Shown here piece after piece: positions 5,787-16,765 of a stretch of 16,765 nt of DNA; within the stretch, counting starts at the first letter, position 1; every line of letters begins with the position of its first letter. The notes beneath the pieces are model-generated. The model had not been told where the DNA came from, ran no database searches, and worked only from the letters and a program-made list of their open reading frames with translations. The translations under genes were made by a program, and so were the position numbers. The DNA lies in the NCBI GenBank assembly GCA_041611735.1, contig JBFIML010000059.1, forward strand, positions 1 to 16,765, written 5' to 3'. The DNA is from Myxococcota bacterium (lineage in GTDB: Bacteria; Myxococcota_A; UBA9160; PR03).

Positions 5787-5882
5787 GCAGGGGCACGGTA
5801 GCCGGGACCGGGCGGCCTCGCTTCGGGTATGCTGCGCGGGTCCCGGGCGCCGCGGCGTCCGGAACCCTCTGGGAGGACGAGC

Positions 5883-6287
5883 ATGGAGCGTTTCCTCGGC
5901 GGCTTCGCGGACCGCATCTATGCCGCGCTCCGCATTGTGGCGGGTTTCCTGTTCGCGTGTCACGGCGCCCAGAAGATCCTGGGCGTGCTGGGCGGCGTGC
6001 AGGGCACCGGGGCCGCGGCCGAGTTCGGCAGCCTGATCTGGGTGGCGGGCGTGATCGAGCTGGTGGGCGGCGCGCTGGTGGCCCTGGGCTGGTATGCCAG
6101 CTGGGCGGCCTTCCTGTGCAGCGGCCAGATGGCGGTCGCCTACTTCATGGTGCACCAGAGCCGGGGGCTCCTGCCGATCCAGAACGGGGGCGAGCTCGCC
6201 GCCCTCTACGCCTGGGTCTTCCTGCTCATCGCCGCCCGCGGCGCGGGGCCCTGGAGCCTCGACGGCCGCCGCGGCAGCGGGCTCTAG
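5883..6287 (+). CDS. DoxX family membrane protein, 134 aa
   Basis: SD GGGAGG then ATG at 5883. LRIVAGFLFACHGAQK...IELVGG...AVAYFMVH...NGGELA...GAGPWSLD are DoxX motifs. Possible -10 TATGCT at 5828-5833. Confidence 0.92.
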   Translation: MERFLGGFADRIYAALRIVAGFLFACHGAQKILGVLGGVQGTGAAAEFGSLIWVAGVIELVGGALVALGWYASWAAFLCSGQMAVAYFMVHQSRGLLPIQNGGELAALYAWVFLLIAARGAGPWSLDGRRGSGL

Positions 6288-6328
6288 AGCCTCGTAGCCG
6301 CGTGGCGACCGGGCCAACCGAGCCGTCC

Positions 6329-7090
6329 GTGGAGCTGCGCGGCAAGGCGGCCATCGTGACCGGCGGCGGCACCGGCGTGGGGCGCGCCACCTGTCTGGCA
6401 CTGGCGCGCGCCGGCTGCTCGGTGCTGGTCAACTACAGCCGCTCCCGGGACGCGGCAGAGCGCACCGCCGCGGAGGCCGCGGCCCTGGGCGTGCAAAGCC
6501 TCGCCTTCCCGGCCGACGTGGCCGAGGATGCTGCCTGCCGCGCCCTGGTGGATGCCGCCGTGCGCCGGTTCGGGCGCCTGGACGTGCTCGTGAACAACGC
6601 GGGCACGACCGTGTTCATCCCGCCCCCGGAGCTCGAGCGCGTGAGCGAGGCGGACTGGGAGCGCCTGCTGGCCGTGAACCTGCGCGGCCCCTTCCAGTGC
6701 GCCCGGGCGGCGCGGGCGCCCCTGGAGGCCTCCGGGGACGGCGCCATCGTGAACGTCTCCAGCGTCGCGGGGATCGCAGGCCTCGGCAGCTCGATCCCGT
6801 ACTGCGCCTCCAAGGCGGGGCTGAACGTGCTCACGGTGATCCTGGCCCGCGTGCTCGGCCCGAAAGTGCGGGTGAACGCCGTGGCTCCCGGCTTCATCGA
6901 AGGCGAGTGGCTGCGCGAGGGCCTGGGGCCCGCCTACGAGCCCCTGAAGCGCGCCATCGAGCAGCGCAATCCGCTGCAGAAGGTGTGCACGCCCGAGGAC
7001 GTTGCGGCGGCCATCCTCGGCCTGCTGGCCGCGGATCTCGTGACCGGCCAGGTGCTGCCCGTGGACGGAGGCATGCTGATCGCGGGCTGA
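6329..7090 (+). CDS. Short-chain dehydrogenase/reductase (classical SDR)
   Basis: TGGGTGVG, DVLVNNAG, NVSS, YCASK, VNAVAPG and VTGQVLPVDGG motifs. Start GTG at 6329; alternative in-frame GTG at 6302. Confidence 0.93.
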   Translation: MELRGKAAIVTGGGTGVGRATCLALARAGCSVLVNYSRSRDAAERTAAEAAALGVQSLAFPADVAEDAACRALVDAAVRRFGRLDVLVNNAGTTVFIPPPELERVSEADWERLLAVNLRGPFQCARAARAPLEASGDGAIVNVSSVAGIAGLGSSIPYCASKAGLNVLTVILARVLGPKVRVNAVAPGFIEGEWLREGLGPAYEPLKRAIEQRNPLQKVCTPEDVAAAILGLLAADLVTGQVLPVDGGMLIAG

Positions 7091-7094
7091 CGAG

Positions 7095-7112
7095 CCGGGC
7101 TGCGCAACCCGG
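7095..7112. terminator. Small GC hairpin between convergent SDR and recG
   Basis: Minus strand CCGGGUU-GCGC-AGCCCGG forms a 7-bp stem. No adjacent U-tract, so terminator function is uncertain. Confidence 0.3.
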
Positions 7113-7131
7113 AGCCTGACCAGGAAAAGTC

Positions 7132-9546
7132 CTAGCCGACGTCCGCCAGGGCCAGCCGCGCGCCCCAGCGGGCGTGCACCGCCCGGGCCAGCTCCGGGGC
7201 GTGCCGGAAGCCCGGGTCGCGGCGTACCGCGTCGAGGGCCGCCTCCCGGGCCACCGCCACCAGGCGGCTGTCGCGCACCAGGTCCGCCAGGCGCAGGTCC
7301 GGCAGCCGACCGCTCTGTCGGGTGCCCAGGAACTCGCCCGGGCCGCGGATGCGCAGGTCCGCATCGGCAATGGCGAAGCCGTCGGTGGTCTCGAGCAGCG
7401 CGCGCAGCCGCGCCTCGCTGTCCTCGGTGGAACCGCGGGCCACCAGGAGACACGTCCCCGGCCGCTCCCCCCGCCCCACCCGTCCGCGCAGCTGATGGAG
7501 CTGCGCCAGACCGAAGCGCTCCGCATGCTCCACCACCATGAGGGTGGCGTTCGGCACGTCGACCCCCACCTCGATCACGGTGGTGGAGACCAGGATCTGG
7601 ATTTCGCCGGCCTCGAAGCGCGCCATGGCCTCCGCGCGGGCGGAGGCGTCCAGGCGACCGTGGACGAGATCGACCCGGGCCTCCGGAAAGGCGCGACGGA
7701 TGCGGCCCGCAGACTCGGTGGCGGCCCGCAGGTCGGTCTTCTCCGACTCCTCGACCAGGGGATAGACCACGTAGACCTGCTCGCCGCGTCCCAGGGCCCG
7801 GCGGATCTCCGCCATCACCCGCTCGCCCTCCCCGGAGCGCAGCACGTCTGTGGTGACCGCCCGGCGTCCGGGCGGCAGCTCGTCGATCACCGAGAGGTCG
7901 AGCTCTCCGTACACGGTCAGGGCCAGGGTGCGCGGAATCGGCGTCGCGGTCATCACCAGCACGTGGGGCGAGCGGCCGCCGAGGGTCTTGGCCGCCAGCG
8001 CCGCGCGCTGGAGCACCCCGAAGCGGTGCTGCTCGTCGATCACGGCCAGGGCGAGGCTCGCGAAGCCGACCTCGTCCTGGATGAGGGCGTGCGTCCCCAC
8101 CAGCAGGCCGAGCTCCCCCGTCCGGGCCCCCCGGCGCACCGCGTCCGCCTCTGGCCGCGGCAGCGAGGCCGTGAGAAGCGCGATGCGCAGCGCCGTCGCG
8201 CTTCCGCCGGAACCCGCCAGACGGCGCAGGGTGCGCTCGTGCTGCTCGGCCAGCAGCTCCGTGGGAGCCATGAGGGCGCTCTGGTGGCCGCTCTCCGCCA
8301 CGGCCAGCGCGGCCAGGAAGGCCACCGCCGTCTTCCCGCTTCCCACGTCACCCTGTAGCAGCCGGTTCATGGGATGCGGCCGCGCCAGGTCGGCGCGGAT
8401 CTCCCGGAAGACCCGCCGTTGCGCGCCGGTCAGGCGGAAGGGAAGCGCCTCGGAGGCCGCCCGGGTTCGCGGACCGTCCGCCGGGACGGCGATGCCCGGC
8501 TCGGCCACCCGCGCGGCGCGCCGCAGGGCCAGGCCCACCTCGAGCAGGAAGAGCTCCTCCAGGACGAGCCGCTGGTGGGCCGGCGTGGCCCGGCGGGCCA
8601 GGGCGTCGAGGTCGCTGTCGCGGTCCGGGAGGTGCAGGCGCCGCAGCGCCTCGGCGGGCTCCGGCAGCTCCCGCTCGCGGACCAGGGCCGCGGGAAGCTG
8701 GCCGGCCACGAGATCCGCGTAGGTCTCCACCGCCCGCTGCACGTAGCGGCGCAGGGCGCGCGGCGGGATCCCCTCCATGCCGGGGTAGTCCGGCACGACC
8801 TGCCGCAGGGCATCCAGGTCGAGCTCCTCGGGCTCGGTCTCGTCGTCGAGCCGCTCGATCTCCGGGTGCATCAGCTCCTTGGCGAAGCGGTAGCGGCGCA
8901 CGTCGCCGGTGACGAGGAGCGTGGCGCCCTTGCGCAGCCGCTCGGCGATGCTCTCGCCGCCGTGGAACCACTTGAGGTTGACGCTGCCGGTCTCGTCGCC
9001 CACCGCCACCTGGAGGATGCGGCGGAAGCGCCCTCCCCGGCCGCGGGTCGACACGAAGTCGAACACCTGGACCCGCCCCAGGAACGTGGCCCGCCGGCCC
9101 ACCTCGAGCTCGCCGATCTTCGAGAGCGCGCGACGGTCGTCGTAGCGGGACGGCAGTTGGAAGAGCAGGTCCGCCACCGTGCGCAGCCCCCGACGGGCCA
9201 GGGCCTCGGCGCGGCGCGGACCGATGCCCGGGATGGCCGTCGGCGCGCGTTCGAGGGCAGACTCGGACCAGCCCGGCTCGGCCAGCGGCGCGAGCCGCCG
9301 CAGCGCAGCCTGCACGGCGGCGACCCGCGCCTCGCCGGTGAGCGGCTTCTCGAAGGCGGCCGCCACCGCGCCGAGCAGGCGGCGCGCGTCGGGTGGTACC
9401 GCCAGCCCCGCCGCCCGGCGTGCCGCGTCGCGCACCGTGCGCTCCAGGTCCCGCACCCGCTCCGCGTGAGCGAACCCGTCCCGGGCGGCGAAGCCGAGCG
9501 GCGCCTGCACCGCCGCGAGCGCTTGCGCGAAGGGGGACGCGTCCAC
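7132..9546 (-). CDS. recG: ATP-dependent DNA helicase RecG
   Basis: RLLQGDVGSGKT, MAPTELLAEQH, DEQHRFGV, MTATPIPRTL, TTVIEVGVDVPNA, QLHQLRGRVGRG, RGPGEFLGTRQSG. Confidence 0.98.
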   Translation of the reverse strand: MDASPFAQALAAVQAPLGFAARDGFAHAERVRDLERTVRDAARRAAGLAVPPDARRLLGAVAAAFEKPLTGEARVAAVQAALRRLAPLAEPGWSESALERAPTAIPGIGPRRAEALARRGLRTVADLLFQLPSRYDDRRALSKIGELEVGRRATFLGRVQVFDFVSTRGRGGRFRRILQVAVGDETGSVNLKWFHGGESIAERLRKGATLLVTGDVRRYRFAKELMHPEIERLDDETEPEELDLDALRQVVPDYPGMEGIPPRALRRYVQRAVETYADLVAGQLPAALVRERELPEPAEALRRLHLPDRDSDLDALARRATPAHQRLVLEELFLLEVGLALRRAARVAEPGIAVPADGPRTRAASEALPFRLTGAQRRVFREIRADLARPHPMNRLLQGDVGSGKTAVAFLAALAVAESGHQSALMAPTELLAEQHERTLRRLAGSGGSATALRIALLTASLPRPEADAVRRGARTGELGLLVGTHALIQDEVGFASLALAVIDEQHRFGVLQRAALAAKTLGGRSPHVLVMTATPIPRTLALTVYGELDLSVIDELPPGRRAVTTDVLRSGEGERVMAEIRRALGRGEQVYVVYPLVEESEKTDLRAATESAGRIRRAFPEARVDLVHGRLDASARAEAMARFEAGEIQILVSTTVIEVGVDVPNATLMVVEHAERFGLAQLHQLRGRVGRGERPGTCLLVARGSTEDSEARLRALLETTDGFAIADADLRIRGPGEFLGTRQSGRLPDLRLADLVRDSRLVAVAREAALDAVRRDPGFRHAPELARAVHARWGARLALADVG

Positions 9547-9560
9547 CGCGACTCCTGGTC

Positions 9561-12797
<3,237 letters not shown>

Positions 12798-12800
12798 GGG

Positions 12801-14002
<1,202 letters not shown>

Positions 14003-14006
<4 letters not shown>

Positions 14007-15298
14007 GGAGCCAGCACCCCGCGATCCACGTGGTAGACGAGGCGTCCCGCGACGAAGGTGGCCAGCGTCCGCCCGGTCAGCTCGCAGCCGGCCCAGGGCG
14101 AATTGCGGCTCTTCGAGAAGCCCTTGGAGGGGTGGTAGGTCCAACGCCGCTCCGGATCGATCACGACGAGGTCCGCGGGGGCGCCCACCTGCAGGGACCC
14201 GCCCGGCAGGCCGAGGATGCGCGCGGGATTGCTGGAGAGCCGACGCACCCATTCGAGGGGCGCAAGCTCACCACTGCGCACCAGCTCCAGGGTCACCGCC
14301 ACCGCCGTCTCGAGACCGATCAGGCCGGGGGGAGCCTGGGTGAACTCCACGTCCTTCTCGTGCATCGCGTGGGGCGCATGGTCCGTGGCGATCGCGTCGA
14401 GGGTTCCGTCGGCGAGACCGGACCGGCAGGCGCGCACGTCCGCGGCCGAGCGCAGCGGAGGCGCCACCTTCGTGTTGGTGTCGTAGCCGGCCGTGGCCTC
14501 GTCGGTGAGGGTCAGGTGATGGGGCGTCACCTCGGCGGTGACGTGAACGCCCCGCTCCCGGGCGCGGCGGATCAGGTCGATGGCCCCGGCCGTGGAGACG
14601 TGGGCCACGTGCAGATGCGCCCCGGTCAGCTCGGCCAGGATCAGATCGCGGGCCACGTGGATCGCCTCGGCGGCCGCCGGGTTCCCGGGCAGGCCGAGCC
14701 GGGTCGAGACCGGCCCCTCGTTCACGACTCCATCGCCCACCAGCGTGCGGTCCTCGGCGTGGGTGATGATCGGGACGTTCACGAGGCGCGAGTACTCGAG
14801 CACCCGACGCATGACGCTACTGTCCATGATCGTGCGCCCGTCGTCGCTCAGGGCGACGGCTCCCGCCTCGACGAGCGACACCATCTCCGTCATCACCTTG
14901 CCCGAGAGCCCGCGGGTGGCGGCCGCCACCGGATGCACCCGCACGGGCGCCTCCTGACGGGCGCGATCCAGGATGTAGTCGGTGACGGAGGCGTCGTCGT
15001 TCACCGGATCGGTGTTCGCCATGCAGGCCACGGCCGTGAAGCCCCCGGCAGCCGCCGCGCGCCCCCCGGAGGCGATGCTCTCCTTGTACTCGGCTCCGGG
15101 CTCGCGCAGGTGCGCATGAAGGTCCACCAGCCCGGGCGCCACCCAGCAGCCGGCCGCATCCAGGATCTCGGCGTCGACGCGCTCCAGGGAGGACTCGACG
15201 GCGACCACCCGGCCCTCCTCGAGCAGGACGTCGGCCGCGGCGTCGCGCCCACTGCTCGGGTCGAGCACGCGACCCCCGCGGATCCAGAGCCGGGCCAT
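14003..15298 (-). CDS. pyrC: Dihydroorotase
   Basis: [45 protein letters not shown]; metal ligands and catalytic Asp are present. Confidence 0.97.
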
Positions 15299-15307
15299 GG
15301 ACCCCCC

Positions 15308-16240
15308 CTAGCCCTCGCGGTCCACGGGGCGTCGGCCCGCGAACAGGTAGAGGACCGCCATGCGAACGGCGACGCCGTTGCGGACCTGATTCAGGATCAC
15401 GCTCGGCCGCTCGTCGGCCAGATCGTGGGCCAGCTCGACGCCCCGGTTCACCGGGCCAGGGTGCATCACGATCACGTCGTCCTTGGCAAAGCGCAGCTTT
15501 TCCCGATCGAGACCAAAGGTGGCTGCGTACTCCCGGATGCTCGGGACGAAGGCGCCCCGCAGCCGCTCCTGTTGGATGCGCAGCACCATCACCACGTCCG
15601 CGCCGTCCAGGGCCTCGCGCAGGCAGGTGAAGGCCTTCACGCCGAGCGTCTCCACGGCCGCCGGAAGCATGGTGGGAGGCGCCGCCAGGCGGACCTCGGC
15701 CCCCATCTTGGTGAAGGCGAAGACGTTGGAACGCGCCACCCGGGAGTGGAGGATGTCCCCTACGATCGTGACGGTCAGGCCGTCCAGGCGGCCCTTCTCC
15801 TCCCACACCGTGAAGAGGTCGAGCAGGGCCTGGGTGGGATGCTCGTGGGCGCCGTCGCCCGCGTTGATGACCGGGGCCTCCAGGGCGTCGGCCAGGCGGC
15901 GCGGAACCCCAGCCACCCGGTGGCGCACGATCACGGCGTCCGGGTCCATGGCGTCGAGGGTCTTGGCCGTGTCCAGCAGCGTCTCGGCCTTCTTGAGGCT
16001 CGACCCGGACACGGAGAAGTTCACCACGTCTGCGGACAGCCGCTTGCCGGCGATCTCGAAGCTCGTGCGGGTGCGCGTGGACGCCTCGAAGAAGAGGTTC
16101 ACCAGGGTGCGCCCGCGCAGGGTCGGTACCTTCTTCACGTCCCGCCGTCCGACTTCCTGCATGTGCACCGCGGTCTCGAGGATGCGTTCGACGTCCGCGG
16201 GCTCCAGGTCCTCGATGCCGATCAGGTCCCTGCCGATCAC
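15308..16240 (-). CDS. pyrB: Aspartate carbamoyltransferase catalytic subunit
   Basis: [62 protein letters not shown] overlaps the pyrR stop. Confidence 0.98.
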   Translation of the reverse strand: MIGRDLIGIEDLEPADVERILETAVHMQEVGRRDVKKVPTLRGRTLVNLFFEASTRTRTSFEIAGKRLSADVVNFSVSGSSLKKAETLLDTAKTLDAMDPDAVIVRHRVAGVPRRLADALEAPVINAGDGAHEHPTQALLDLFTVWEEKGRLDGLTVTIVGDILHSRVARSNVFAFTKMGAEVRLAAPPTMLPAAVETLGVKAFTCLREALDGADVVMVLRIQQERLRGAFVPSIREYAATFGLDREKLRFAKDDVIVMHPGPVNRGVELAHDLADERPSVILNQVRNGVAVRMAVLYLFAGRRPVDREG

Positions 16241-16765
16241 GGCACCTGCTCCCCTTCCCCGTCGACCACGACCACCTCGAGGGGACCCGCCAGACCTCCT
16301 TCCAGGCCCCGCAGCATGACCCGCTCGCGGCGTCGCGTGGGGATGTTCTTGCCCACGTAGTCGATCTTGATCGGCAACTCGCGATGTCCCCGGTCCACGA
16401 GGCCGACCACCTGCACGCCCCGGGGGCGACCGAAGTCCATCAAGGCGTCCATGGCGGAGCGCACGGTGCGGCCGGTGCTCACCACGTCGTCCACCAGCAC
16501 CACGACGTGGTCGTCCACGGCGGAGGGCATCTCGGTGCGCCGCAGGGGCGGGCGCTCGCCGCTGCCCATCAGGTCGTCACGGTAGAGGGTCGTGTCGAGG
16601 ACCCCGACCGGCACCTCCAGGTCCGCGATCTCGCGCAGGTTCTGGGCGAGGTGCCGGGCCAGAGGAACGCCGCCGTTCGGGATCGCCACCAGATAGAGCT
16701 GCTCGAGCGCGTCGTTGCGCTCGACGATCTCGTGAGCGATGCGCATCAGGGCGCGACGGATCGCC
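16237..16765 (-). CDS. pyrR: Pyrimidine operon regulator / uracil phosphoribosyltransferase PyrR (5' end outside the window)
   Basis: Frame open to the window edge: [17 protein letters not shown]...LDTTLYRDD...[26 protein letters not shown]...[11 protein letters not shown]. Confidence 0.95.
   Translation of the reverse strand, partial: AIRRALMRIAHEIVERNDALEQLYLVAIPNGGVPLARHLAQNLREIADLEVPVGVLDTTLYRDDLMGSGERPPLRRTEMPSAVDDHVVVLVDDVVSTGRTVRSAMDALMDFGRPRGVQVVGLVDRGHRELPIKIDYVGKNIPTRRRERVMLRGLEGGLAGPLEVVVVDGEGEQVP

Noticed and set aside
5402-7090. Apparent 562-aa SDR fusion; likewise long N-terminal extensions on 2984..4267, 2619..3845, 5400..6401, 690..1739 and 12801..14252
   Set aside because: The extensions overlap genuine neighbouring genes and are ORF-caller artefacts; true starts were reassigned.

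Overview
Very GC-rich bacterial DNA (roughly 70-75% by eye). A Myxococcota/deltaproteobacterial-like host is my inference from gene style and is not tested. The right half is housekeeping: a minus-strand pyrR(partial)-pyrB-pyrC-carA-carB operon running directly into recG. A plus-strand DoxX + SDR pair converges on it. The left half is a minus-strand run: DUF2809-like membrane protein, a Leu-rich leader peptide, a short leuA-like gene lacking the regulatory domain, an F420-type LLM oxidoreductase, a COG3357-like HTH/Zn-ribbon protein, an SGNH hydrolase-fold protein, a polytopic membrane protein, and the 5' part of a secreted protein that is missing from the ORF track. The most interesting signals are non-coding or sub-annotation. 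(1) An unannotated 26-aa Leu-rich uORF is followed by five mutually exclusive pairing segments whose logic would sequester or free the leuA Shine-Dalgarno, i.e. translational attenuation. It sits in front of a LeuA that lacks its allosteric domain and has an atypical HGQDD metal motif. (2) A sigma-54 promoter module (exact -24/-12, IHF-like site, helically phased palindromes) lies upstream of the secreted, possibly PEP-CTERM-like gene. (3) The HTH/Zn-ribbon gene appears to start at CTG. No mobile elements, CRISPR arrays, tRNA or rRNA were seen.
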